From contig CBDCWC010000002.1 of the NCBI GenBank assembly GCA_965223295.1, positions 864,001-928,000 of the forward strand: DNA of 64,000 nt. Direction: 5' to 3'. Below are positions 40,080 to 50,128 of this stretch, piece by piece. A program made the position numbers and the translations under genes. How positions within the stretch are numbered: position 1 is the stretch's first letter; each line of letters starts with the position of its first letter. Below the pieces are notes generated by a model. The model did not search any database and was not told the origin of the DNA. It saw only the letters and a list, made by a program, of their open reading frames with translations. This DNA comes from Nitrospirales bacterium. GTDB taxonomy: Bacteria > Nitrospirota > Nitrospiria > Nitrospirales > UBA8639.

Positions 40080-42398
40080 TCATAAAACTGATGTTTGTAG
40101 GACAGACTCCAGCACACTACTGAGATCCACAAGATTGAAAGGCTTTGCGACTCTTCCTTTAAACCCATAAGCTTGGTAGTTAGCCAAAACCGGGTCATTT
40201 GAATAGCCACTGACTACAATGGCCCGGACCTGAGGATCGATAGCGAGTAACCGCCCAATCACTTCTTTGCCTCCGAGGCCTCCAGGTATCGTCAAGTCTA
40301 AAATGACGAGTGAAAAGGGATCTCCAGCTTGTTGGGCCTGACGAAAAAGCTGTATCGCTTCTTCTCCATTTTTTGCAGTTTGATAATGATATCCGCAGGT
40401 TTCAACCATTTCTCCAAGAACTTTCCGGATTTGGCTCTCATCATCCATGATAAGAATCTTGCCCCGCCCAAACTTGACATGAGATTCAAAAGGCTGCTCA
40501 ACAACTTTTTCGGGAGAAATAGCAGGCAATAGAAATGAGAACGTACTACCCTTTCCGACTTCAGATTCAGCCGACAAGATGCCGCCATGACTTTTTATGA
40601 TGGAATAGGAAGTGGCTAGTCCCAAGCCAGATCCCGTTGGCTTCGTCGTAAAATATGGATCGAAAATCTTGGACAGGTTTTCTTTTGATATCCCTATTCC
40701 TTGATCAAGAACTGCTATTCGTACCCATCGATTAGCCGAGCCCTCAAAGGCCGGTTCGAAGCGAAGAAGATCCGATTCATCTTTAGCAATATTATGAGCT
40801 TGAATGATACATTCGCCCCCATCTTCCATGGCCTGACGCGCATTAATGACCAAATTATGAACAACCTGCGAAATTTGTCCAATATCAATATCGACTAACC
40901 ACAAGTCTTGAGAAATTTGAAAGACCGGTTTAACCCTTGAGCCTGCTAACACCAGGCGGACATTTTCCTCCAAGACGCTTACGAGAGACACGGTTTTTTT
41001 CACCGGAACTCCACCTTTGGAGAAGGTCAAGAGTTGCTTAGCCAAGTCTTGTGCACGTAGAGAGGCAAGCTCGGCTTCATGTATTTTGGAGAATAAGGGA
41101 TGAGAACTATCCAGACCAAATTTTGCTAAGGAGAGTTGCCCAACAATCGCCGTCAGCAAATTATTAAAGTCATGGGCAAGCCCCCCAGCTAAGAGTCCAA
41201 GTGATTCAAGTTTTGCAGCACGCACACGATCTTCTTCCCATTTTTTTCTTTCTGTGACATCCTGAGCAAGACCAACAATTCGAGTGAGCTCACCTGACGG
41301 CTTCTTTAATGGAAAGGTTTGATTATGAATCCAGCGGGTTTCTTGATTGTTGGTAACAATTCGATATTCGATATCTAACTTTTTCCGGTCAATTCGCCGT
41401 AAAAAAAGATTTTCGACTCTTGTTCGATCTTGAGGTGCCACGACGGTGAGCCAATCAAAAGGATTGTTGAGTAACTTTTCTGCATCTCCCCCCCAAAGCC
41501 GCTCGTAGGCTGGACTCACATAGACAATGCGCTGCAGATTGACATCCCATACCCAAAAAACACTATCGATCGCCTCGGCTAATTGGGAAAACTTTTCATC
41601 ACTTTCTCTATACGCGATCTCAGCCGTTCGCACTTCGGTGACATCACGCCAAATAGTCAAAACCGTCATCACATTCTTTCGAATATCCAGTTCTGGAGAA
41701 AAACGCACTTCAAAGGTTCTTACTCCAAGAGACGTTGGGTGAGAAACTTCAATTGATTCCGGCTGTCCAGACTCAAACACCGATTGAGTTTTTTCTTCAC
41801 AAAGATCAGCAACGTGTGGAGAAAGACCAAGTTCACATAACCGCTTTCCCAAATACCGCTCTGGAGGAATGAGGGTTGAATTCTCCCACCAACGATTGAA
41901 ATACAATATGCGTTTTTTACGATCCAAGCGGCCAACGATATCTGGGAGATTATGCGTTAGGGAAGAAAGTTCCTGATCCCAACGCCGCAATTCCTCTTGC
42001 ACGCCTTGATAGTTGGGAATCTCCAAAATGACACCCTGACACATATTACACTGTCCCTGTTCGTCATGTGAAAAGACACAATGTTCTTGTACCCACGTCA
42101 CACGATTCTCTTGCCGTAAAATTCTGTATTCCACAGAGACGGAGACAGGCAGAGTCGCTTGCTTGGTCCATGCGCGAAGAACTTTCTTGCGATCTTCAGG
42201 ATGTATTTGAGTGAAAAAAGCTCGAGGGTCAATCAGCAAATCGTTTTGGGTCAGCCCCAAAAGAACTGGTACATGTGGTGTAACTACTTGAAAGTTTCGT
42301 TCGACTCCTTTTTGAATACACTGAAAAAATCCGGCTGGAATATGCTCAAACAATGAATGAAGCGCGTGCATTGAAACATCCATAGGTAGCCACCACAA
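40080..42398 (-). CDS. Cytoplasmic PAS-PAS-PAS hybrid histidine kinase/receiver (CckA-like)
   Basis: AHDFNNLL H-box, NLVINARQAM, DQGIGI, FDPYFTTK, GSGLGL; REC domain MDDE...DLTIPG...KPF. Confidence 0.9.
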   Translation of the reverse strand: MWWLPMDVSMHALHSLFEHIPAGFFQCIQKGVERNFQVVTPHVPVLLGLTQNDLLIDPRAFFTQIHPEDRKKVLRAWTKQATLPVSVSVEYRILRQENRVTWVQEHCVFSHDEQGQCNMCQGVILEIPNYQGVQEELRRWDQELSSLTHNLPDIVGRLDRKKRILYFNRWWENSTLIPPERYLGKRLCELGLSPHVADLCEEKTQSVFESGQPESIEVSHPTSLGVRTFEVRFSPELDIRKNVMTVLTIWRDVTEVRTAEIAYRESDEKFSQLAEAIDSVFWVWDVNLQRIVYVSPAYERLWGGDAEKLLNNPFDWLTVVAPQDRTRVENLFLRRIDRKKLDIEYRIVTNNQETRWIHNQTFPLKKPSGELTRIVGLAQDVTERKKWEEDRVRAAKLESLGLLAGGLAHDFNNLLTAIVGQLSLAKFGLDSSHPLFSKIHEAELASLRAQDLAKQLLTFSKGGVPVKKTVSLVSVLEENVRLVLAGSRVKPVFQISQDLWLVDIDIGQISQVVHNLVINARQAMEDGGECIIQAHNIAKDESDLLRFEPAFEGSANRWVRIAVLDQGIGISKENLSKIFDPYFTTKPTGSGLGLATSYSIIKSHGGILSAESEVGKGSTFSFLLPAISPEKVVEQPFESHVKFGRGKILIMDDESQIRKVLGEMVETCGYHYQTAKNGEEAIQLFRQAQQAGDPFSLVILDLTIPGGLGGKEVIGRLLAIDPQVRAIVVSGYSNDPVLANYQAYGFKGRVAKPFNLVDLSSVLESVLQTSVL

Positions 42399-42419
42399 CT
42401 TCCGACATACTCAAACTAA

Positions 42420-42591
42420 GAGTCTGTTTAACAAAGCCACCGCCGACTCCACCGGAGCAACTCGATGGGCTACGAAGGCTGAAATCGGCTTCGCACAGGC
42501 AAGCCCATTTTTTTGAAATGCCCCGAGGCTTCTGACAGCCCCCTCTTTCTGGCGAAAATACCTCTCGATGTCCTCATTATTCCATACTCCC
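42420..42591 (-). repeat. Degenerate MITE family B copy
   Basis: GAGTCTGTTtAAcAAAGCC end and CCCCGAGGCtTCTGAC segment shared with 45029-45220. Confidence 0.55.
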
Positions 42592-42634
42592 AGTAAGGTT
42601 CAGACCCAATCAAGGATATTCTCGCAATTCTCCT

Positions 42635-44839
42635 CTAGGAGAAGAGAGAGTCAGAGTCTGAATACGTATTGCCTTGTGGGGAGGGAGAAGATGAAAGAAG
42701 AGATGAGCCGACAAAGGGGACTTGCTCATAGGAAGTATCGGTGGGAAGCTGAATTTGAAATCCAAAAATAGAATTTTCACACGTGACAAGTCGAAAACTT
42801 CCAGCATACTGTTGAACAATTTTTGTCGCAAGAATAATCCCACGCGTCATTGATGGATCATCATTCAAAGAACGACTGAAATCCCAACTTTCTACTGAGA
42901 CCAGTGCCTGTTTCGAAACAGGCAGGTTAGACTTCCAAACTATATCCACTTGCAACCAATGCCCTCCCACCTGACTGGTAGATTGTGTGCTAACAATAAG
43001 TGTGCCATCCATATTTTCTGAATCTTTGAGGAGGAACAGGAGTCCGTTAAAAATCGCTTGCATAAGCCCTTGTCGGTCTATGCATCCCGTGGGGATATGA
43101 GGACTCAACCTTTTTTCGATTAATATCTGGCGGTAGTTGGAGTTGTTTGTGATGAATAAGAGACAGGAGTCAATAACCTCATGAATATGAACATGTGGCT
43201 TCAATGTGCTTGATAAGGGCTTCACGTATTCTCGGATTTCTTTGGTCAACTCTTCAATCTTTCCTAGATCTTCTCCAAGAACAGAATGAAGCCTATCCAT
43301 AAATTCTCCGTCATGTTGCCGCATTTGAGCAATTTGAACAAAGGCCTTAATGGACACGAGGGGATTATGAAGTTCCTGAGTCAAACCATCCGCCATGGTT
43401 TCCAAGGAACGCAGCCGGTCAACTTCACAAAGCATACTTTGGGTCCGTTGATTTTCTTCACGCAGAAAAGCATTTTCTAAGGCTAAAGCAGACTCTCGAA
43501 TGAGCATATCCCAAATTGTTTTGCCACCTAATATCTGAATGCCCTCAGTCACATTAGACCCAAATCCCAAAAAGCCTATGAGCTGATTATTACCAAAGAT
43601 TGGGTAAAATAACTCTAGACCAGTCTCTTTGAGTTCTTCGGCAAACCGTCTTTCCCCTTCATCAGCAAGATCCAAATCGTTAATAGAAAATTTAGTTCTC
43701 GTTGCTAACAGCCATTGCGGAAGATCATCGAAAATTGTCCATCCATTTCTCATGAGATGGTCGTGCTTTGAAAACCCAACTGTCGCAATGGGGACATATC
43801 GGTTGTCATGCAGTTGCAGACTAAAAATTGCAGCTTTGGATGTCTTTGTTCCCTTTCCTAGTGTTTTTAAAATGGCTTGGCCTAATTCAGGGACGCTTTG
43901 AAAATTAGTCACTTCTGATGAGAAGTCCGCAAGCGTTTGGATACGTAAGGTTCTTCCCTTCATAATCGTTCTAGCCACTGCGCCTTTTGTCCCAACTTTC
44001 ATTTGAAAAGCTACTAAAACAGTCAGGAGGTGAAAAATAAGCTGGATAATGGCAAATCGGGGGTTAATGCTGCCAAATACCCACTTTTGCGCAAGTAACA
44101 AAACTGGATAAATTGGCTGGGAAAGCAGAAGTAACAAGACAAAATACGAAAATCCTTTTTCGACATACACCGAATAATCTAACCAATGGAATCGCAAGAG
44201 GGTATATGCCACAATTGAAATATACACTCCAAAACACACCGTGCCATAAGGAATGATTTCAATGCCGTACCATAATGGGAAATTGGTCGCTCCCCCAACA
44301 TATCCAATTGTCGATCCAATAAGTAAGAAGAGAATTTGCCGGCGGGGCAATCCTTTTTCTTTCCGCGAGGCTTGGAGCAGCAGCAGATGTGCCACGGCTA
44401 CAAGGGCCAGCCACCACACCAAACAAAAATGAAAGGCAATACCTGGAACCCCCCAATAGGGAAATAGAGCGACAGGCCTAACAGATTCAATGAAAAGTGG
44501 TGTGGCATCAAAAACAAGAAAAACGGCTCCAACAACATAATTCCACTTAATCAGATGCTTCCAGACAATTTCTTTTTCTAGTAAATACAGAACGTGGTGC
44601 AAAAATGTGATAGGAATAAAAATAGCGCCAGCCATTAACAGACGCAGATTGAATAACGCATACGTCTCGGAATCAGAAATCTGCCAGGCAAAATAGCCAA
44701 AGCTCCAAAGAGCCGTAGATATTCCAAACAAACCAAATGTCCAATGACGAGGATCTCTGGGGGAACGAAAATAGATAAAGGAAGCCAGTCCAATAGCAGC
44801 TAAACCATTGAGGAGACCACTTATAGCAAATAATTCCAT
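42635..44839 (-). CDS. HisKA_7TM-GAF sensor with a degenerate (pseudo) histidine kinase core
   Basis: Multi-TM N-terminus; GAF; H-box reads TQELHNPL rather than AHEIRNPL; N and G boxes eroded. Confidence 0.8.
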   Translation of the reverse strand: MELFAISGLLNGLAAIGLASFIYFRSPRDPRHWTFGLFGISTALWSFGYFAWQISDSETYALFNLRLLMAGAIFIPITFLHHVLYLLEKEIVWKHLIKWNYVVGAVFLVFDATPLFIESVRPVALFPYWGVPGIAFHFCLVWWLALVAVAHLLLLQASRKEKGLPRRQILFLLIGSTIGYVGGATNFPLWYGIEIIPYGTVCFGVYISIVAYTLLRFHWLDYSVYVEKGFSYFVLLLLLSQPIYPVLLLAQKWVFGSINPRFAIIQLIFHLLTVLVAFQMKVGTKGAVARTIMKGRTLRIQTLADFSSEVTNFQSVPELGQAILKTLGKGTKTSKAAIFSLQLHDNRYVPIATVGFSKHDHLMRNGWTIFDDLPQWLLATRTKFSINDLDLADEGERRFAEELKETGLELFYPIFGNNQLIGFLGFGSNVTEGIQILGGKTIWDMLIRESALALENAFLREENQRTQSMLCEVDRLRSLETMADGLTQELHNPLVSIKAFVQIAQMRQHDGEFMDRLHSVLGEDLGKIEELTKEIREYVKPLSSTLKPHVHIHEVIDSCLLFITNNSNYRQILIEKRLSPHIPTGCIDRQGLMQAIFNGLLFLLKDSENMDGTLIVSTQSTSQVGGHWLQVDIVWKSNLPVSKQALVSVESWDFSRSLNDDPSMTRGIILATKIVQQYAGSFRLVTCENSIFGFQIQLPTDTSYEQVPFVGSSLLSSSPSPQGNTYSDSDSLFS

Positions 44840-45028
44840 AACCGAAACCCAGTGTTACAGCGCCATTATTGAAAACACACTATGCTTCAAAAAATGGGCA
44901 TACGACTATGAAGACCTCACCTGCATGAGAAAATACCCTTCCCGGGTAGAAACCGTAGCGCGAACAGCCACAATGGTCAAGCCTTAGGTCACACGAGACC
45001 CTTCAATTGCACCTCATGTGACAATAAT

Positions 45029-45220
45029 GGGTCTATTAGAAAAAAGCCACCAGCGGCGTTCTTGCCATTGTTCCATGCTCATGTAATACCAGTACGCTCC
45101 GCACGAAAAAATGGCTAGGGCCTTGCTGGACGGACTTTTTTGAACCGCCCCGAGGCCTCTGACCTATGACGTCGCAGAGACAAAATGTGGCCATTACTAT
45201 CATCTTTAATCAACAGCCCC
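45029..45220 (-). repeat. MITE family B copy (~190 bp)
   Basis: Reverse complement aligns along its length with 59768-59958. Confidence 0.85.
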
Positions 45221-45283
45221 AATAATCAAAACTCCAAAATAACTTAACACTACTCAGAACAAGAAAATTTAGACAAAAATGGC

Positions 45284-46015
45284 TTAAGAAGGGGACTGCT
45301 GGAGGAGAGGTAGTGTCAATAAGGAGCTTAAATGAGGAAGATTGTGCTCATCGTACGTTGCTATTCCAGAACGATCAATTAAGATTCCATGAAAACCGGC
45401 CTGCCTGGCTCCTTCAAAATCTTCGATTGGATCGTCTCCTACATGAAGAACTTCATCAGGAGTCAGCATATGCTGCTCCAAAGCATAAGAAAAAATCTTT
45501 GAGGCTGGTTTGGCAGCCCCAGCCAAGCTCGAAATCGTCACGGAGTCAAAAAACTGATGAATGTCAAGAGCGCGAGCGACCTGAAAAAAACGGCTGTCGA
45601 AATTCGTAATAATCCCCAGCTCAAATCCTTGTTCCTTTAATTGCATCAAGACTTCATGTGTTTCAGGAAAGAGTTGCCAGTGAGTCGCCCGCCCAAACGA
45701 TTCAAAAACTTCATCAAAAAAATCATCAAACCCTTCAAACATGCCCACTCGGTAGTAGACAGCATGGACAACATCAAACCACCATAACCGCTCACATTGC
45801 TTCAACTTTTCAGGACGGTCAACGGCAAATACTGGAGCTGGAAGAGTCTTCATCGTTTCTTTAAAGGCACGATTGAGGGCTGCAATCATTTCGCCTGAAT
45901 CACGCACACCATACTTTTTCGCATATTGTGCATAGACTTCTCCCACCGAACCTTTCACATCAAATAAGGTCCCGACTGCATCAAAAAAAATGGCTTTTAT
46001 TGGAGAAGCATTCAT
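45284..46015 (-). CDS. HAD-IA family hydrolase (REG-2-like)
   Basis: FFDAVGTL, ITNFD, KP, HVGDD.IED. Confidence 0.9.
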   Translation of the reverse strand: MNASPIKAIFFDAVGTLFDVKGSVGEVYAQYAKKYGVRDSGEMIAALNRAFKETMKTLPAPVFAVDRPEKLKQCERLWWFDVVHAVYYRVGMFEGFDDFFDEVFESFGRATHWQLFPETHEVLMQLKEQGFELGIITNFDSRFFQVARALDIHQFFDSVTISSLAGAAKPASKIFSYALEQHMLTPDEVLHVGDDPIEDFEGARQAGFHGILIDRSGIATYDEHNLPHLSSLLTLPLLQQSPS

Positions 46016-46169
46016 GAATAATCACCATGATTAACTGTGCATAATATACATGCCAATCATGAAGATCGAGAACGCTGGAAGCGGATCAGCCTAAGGAAAT
46101 TCAGCAGACAATGGGGTAGGATAAACAATTGGCAACACGAACAAACGTCTTGGAGAAAACACGAAAGCT

Positions 46170-46280
46170 TTACTTTACTTTACCCTTTTCACGTCTAGCC
46201 GTTTCCAAACTTTTCACTCGACGTTGATTTTTTCTGTGTTTTCTTCGTAATTCTCGATCTTTTTCTCGACCACGCGGCAT
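46170..46280 (-). CDS. Small basic protein, 36 aa (not in the ORF track)
   Basis: GGAGG RBS at 46287-91; MPRGREKDRELRRKHRKNQRRVKSLETARREKGKVK*. Confidence 0.65.
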   Translation of the reverse strand: MPRGREKDRELRRKHRKNQRRVKSLETARREKGKVK

Positions 46281-46424
46281 GGAAAACCTCCATTTAAAAA
46301 ATTTTAGGAATTAGCCACTTCTATACCACAGCATTCCTTAATGGAACAAGACAGTATAATATTGCCGGGACTCAGATCCCATGCTACCATCTCAATCGCT
46401 TCAAGAAACATTTCACCAGCTTCT

Positions 46425-49217
46425 ATGCCGTCTTCTCAATTAGACAAAATCTATACCCCCCCAGAAGTTGAACAACGGTGGGGCCGCTACTGGATTGACC
46501 AAGGTCTCTTCCAGCCTCAGGAGACAGGAAAGCCTTCGGCCTACTGCATTGTCATTCCGCCCCCAAATGTCACAGGCTCCCTGCACATTGGTCATGCCCT
46601 CACATACACCATCCAGGATATTCTCATTCGCTGGAAACGCATGCAAGGCTTTCCAACCCTCTGGGTGCCAGGCACTGACCATGCCGGCATTGCCACGCAA
46701 AATGTCGTGGAGCGTCAACTGAAAGAGGAAGGCCTCTCACGTGAACATCTTGGCCGCCAAGCTTTTACTGAACGTGTGTGGGCCTGGCGAGGCCAATCCG
46801 GCGATGCCATCATAGGCCAACTCAAACAGTTAGGGGCCTCCTGCGATTGGGGCCGCTTGCGATTCACCATGGACCAAGGGCTATCTCTTGCAGTACGAAA
46901 GGTCTTTGTCCAACTCTATGAAGAAGGGTTGATTTACCGTGGTGAACGCCTCATTAATTGGTGCCCTCGCTGTCTGACGGCGCTTTCTGACATTGAAGTT
47001 GAGCATGAAGATATCAAAGGCGCTCTCTATCAGGTTCGTTATCCCCTTGCGAATGATCCAGAAGCTTTTCTCACTATCGCCACCACACGCCCTGAAACCT
47101 TATTAGGCGACACGGCTGTGGCCGTGCATCCTGAGGATCCTCGCTACCAGAGCTTTATCGGCAAACAAGTGAGCCTCCCCTTAACAGACCGCACCATCCC
47201 CATTGTGGCAGACCCCATCGTCGTGGATCGCGAATTTGGCACCGGAGCCGTCAAAATTACTCCGGCCCATGATTTCAACGATTTCGAGGCAGGCGAACGG
47301 CATGCCCTCCCCCGCATCTCTCTTCTCAATCATCACGCACAAATGGACCCCAGTGGGCTCATCCAGGCCCAGGTCAATGAGGCACTACGAGCCTCTCTGG
47401 AGTTCAAGCCCATTCCAGAAGCTCGCCCAATTGTGCTGGATGCTCTGAAACAACACAATCTTCTCATCCAAGAAGAACCCCATTCCATGGCGATCGGGAA
47501 ATGTTACCGTTGCAAAACAGTCGTTCAACCCTATTTGTCACCGCAATGGTTCGTCAAAACAGCTCCGTTGGCCGACCCAGCTATTGAAGCCGTGGAAACA
47601 GGGAACATTCGCATCATTCCCGAAGGATGGAAAAATAATTACCTCGGTTGGATGCGGCATATAAAGGATTGGTGTATCTCCCGCCAAATTTGGTGGGGAC
47701 ATCAGATACCAGCTTGGTACTGCAAAAACTGCAATGCAGACCATTTTTTAGACACAAGTACAGCCACTAAATCCGGTGCAAACAAAAAAGATTTACCAAG
47801 CGCACACAATATGAGCTGCTTCATTACATCGTCCGCCAAACCCCTTGTGTCGAACATCGAGCCACAGGCCTGTCCCAAATGTGGCGGAGCTGACTTCATT
47901 CAAGACCCTGACGTCTTGGATACCTGGTTCTCTTCATCATTGTGGCCCTTCTCGACACTCGGATGGCCCGAAAAGACTCAAGACTTCAAGACATTTTACC
48001 CAACCTCAACCTTGGTCACAGGACTGGATATTCTCTTTTTTTGGGTGGCAAGAATGATCATGATGGGCATCAAGCAAACGGGGGAAATACCATTCAAGGA
48101 CGTCTATATTCATGCGCTAGTTCGCGATGCTGAAGGTCAAAAAATGAGTAAGTCAAAAGGGAATGTGATCGATCCCCTCACCAAGATGAGTCAATATGGA
48201 ACCGATGCGTTACGCTTTACATTAGCCTCCATGGCCTCACCTGGACGTGATATTAAATTGGCTGAAGAACGCATCGAAGGGTATCGAAACTTTGTCACAA
48301 AAATTTGGAACGCCGCGCGTTTCATTCAGCTCCATGCGGATCGACCAAAACCTCCTGCCCCCCTAGCGTCCCGTCCTTTCCCAGATCGATGGATCATGAG
48401 CCGCTTGAATCATTGCATTCGTGAAGTTAACAACGCCTTAGAGCATTACCGCTTTGACCAAGCCTCGTCCCACCTCTATCAATTTGTCTGGCATGAATAC
48501 TGTGATTGGTTTATTGAGCTGGCCAAGCCCAGCCTTCAACATGAACAGCACCCTGACGCCGCCACGACCTGCTACACCCTCGTAGAATCCTTCGAAATCA
48601 TTCAACGTCTTCTCCACCCTGTTATGCCTTTTCTTACGGAAGAAATTTGGCAATCCTTCCCTCATGAGGGCCCCTCGATCATGACTCAACCATTTCCAGC
48701 CGAACAACCAGACTGGACCAATATCCAAGCAGAAAAAGACTTTTCAGTCCTGCAATCATTTGTGTCCACAACACGAACCGGCCGTGCCTTATTGAATATT
48801 TCCGCCAACCAATCCGTCGCCATTTATGGCACCTCTACAAACGCCGACGAGACCACAAGTCTTAAACAGCTACAACCCTACATTGAACCAATACTACGAT
48901 CTCAACTCACGCTGGCTCAAACAACAGACTGGCCTTCTTCTCGCCTTTTACACCTTGTTAGCGGACATCTGACTATTGGTCTTCCCGTTGAATCCAATGT
49001 AGACTTACAGGAGGTTGTCAAAAAAGTACAAAAACAAATCAAGGCCAAAGACAAAGAATGCAGCCGACTTCAAGACCGTGTGTCCTCTCCAAAATTCCGT
49101 GAAAAAGCTGAACCTTCAGTAATTCAAGAGTCTGAAGAACGAGTAAACAGTCTCAAGCAAGAGCTGGCTCTGCTCACTAGCAGTGAAAAACAACTCGCGT
49201 CCATGATGAGCCCATGA
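46425..49217 (+). CDS. valS: Valine--tRNA ligase
   Basis: PPPNVTGSLHIGH, DWCISRQIWWGH, KMSKS, C-terminal coiled coil; start set at MPSSQLDK. Confidence 0.97.
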   Translation: MPSSQLDKIYTPPEVEQRWGRYWIDQGLFQPQETGKPSAYCIVIPPPNVTGSLHIGHALTYTIQDILIRWKRMQGFPTLWVPGTDHAGIATQNVVERQLKEEGLSREHLGRQAFTERVWAWRGQSGDAIIGQLKQLGASCDWGRLRFTMDQGLSLAVRKVFVQLYEEGLIYRGERLINWCPRCLTALSDIEVEHEDIKGALYQVRYPLANDPEAFLTIATTRPETLLGDTAVAVHPEDPRYQSFIGKQVSLPLTDRTIPIVADPIVVDREFGTGAVKITPAHDFNDFEAGERHALPRISLLNHHAQMDPSGLIQAQVNEALRASLEFKPIPEARPIVLDALKQHNLLIQEEPHSMAIGKCYRCKTVVQPYLSPQWFVKTAPLADPAIEAVETGNIRIIPEGWKNNYLGWMRHIKDWCISRQIWWGHQIPAWYCKNCNADHFLDTSTATKSGANKKDLPSAHNMSCFITSSAKPLVSNIEPQACPKCGGADFIQDPDVLDTWFSSSLWPFSTLGWPEKTQDFKTFYPTSTLVTGLDILFFWVARMIMMGIKQTGEIPFKDVYIHALVRDAEGQKMSKSKGNVIDPLTKMSQYGTDALRFTLASMASPGRDIKLAEERIEGYRNFVTKIWNAARFIQLHADRPKPPAPLASRPFPDRWIMSRLNHCIREVNNALEHYRFDQASSHLYQFVWHEYCDWFIELAKPSLQHEQHPDAATTCYTLVESFEIIQRLLHPVMPFLTEEIWQSFPHEGPSIMTQPFPAEQPDWTNIQAEKDFSVLQSFVSTTRTGRALLNISANQSVAIYGTSTNADETTSLKQLQPYIEPILRSQLTLAQTTDWPSSRLLHLVSGHLTIGLPVESNVDLQEVVKKVQKQIKAKDKECSRLQDRVSSPKFREKAEPSVIQESEERVNSLKQELALLTSSEKQLASMMSP

Positions 49218-50128
49218 GCAGAACACGGCAGGTGGCGCCTCCGCCACTCTCCAGTATTCAAAAGATTGTCCTCGCAGCCTTAGAAGAAGACATTGGATTT
49301 GGAGATGTCACTTCCAAGGCTCTCCTCTTAAACCACGTACCCGTCCATGCGAAAATCGTGGCAAGAGAAGCTATGACCATTGCCGGCCTGACTGTCGCAG
49401 AAGAAACCTTTCACCAAATAGACAACTCCCTACAAATAAAACTTCATCAACGCGAGGGAGCCAGAGTAGCAGCCAAGACAACTGTTCTTTCTATCACTGG
49501 GAATGCCTCCTCTCTGCTTCAAGCTGAAAGAGTCGCTTTAAATTTCATGCAGCGATTGTCCGGAATCAGCACACTAACCCATCAATTTTGTCAGGCGGTA
49601 AAGGGGAATCCCGTAAAAATTTCTGATACGAGAAAAACGACTCCAGGCCTCCGAATTCTTGAAAAATGGGCCGTTCGCCTTGGAGGAGGCTGTAATCATC
49701 GCAATTCCCTTCATGATGGCATTCTCATTAAAGACAATCACTTGATGATCCTTGACAGTCAAAAAATATCCCTCAGCCAAGCCTGCAAGTTGGCAAGGCA
49801 ACAAGCGCCGCATGGCCTTCGAATAAGCGTCGAAGCTGAGACCCTGACTCATGTTCGGCAAGCCCTTCAAGGAAAAGCTGATATCATTCTGCTCGACAAT
49901 ATGTCTCCATCAAAAATCCAGCAGGCAATAAAGATCATAAAAGGTAAAGCACTCATTGAAGTTTCTGGAGGCATCACACTCAAGAATATCAGGGATGTGG
50001 CTCAAACAGGAGTCGATGTTATCTCTATTGGGGCACTCACTCATTCTGCGCGGGCGATGGACCTTTCGCTCGACGTAGACCTACTGCCTTCCAAGCAACA
50101 ACGCAAAACAAAGCTGCGCCGTTTATAA
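49214..50128 (+). CDS. nadC: Quinolinate phosphoribosyltransferase
   Basis: EDIGFGDVT, ERVALN, DTRKTTPG, IKDNH, LLDN, SGGI, GALTHS. Confidence 0.95.
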   Translation: MSRTRQVAPPPLSSIQKIVLAALEEDIGFGDVTSKALLLNHVPVHAKIVAREAMTIAGLTVAEETFHQIDNSLQIKLHQREGARVAAKTTVLSITGNASSLLQAERVALNFMQRLSGISTLTHQFCQAVKGNPVKISDTRKTTPGLRILEKWAVRLGGGCNHRNSLHDGILIKDNHLMILDSQKISLSQACKLARQQAPHGLRISVEAETLTHVRQALQGKADIILLDNMSPSKIQQAIKIIKGKALIEVSGGITLKNIRDVAQTGVDVISIGALTHSARAMDLSLDVDLLPSKQQRKTKLRRL

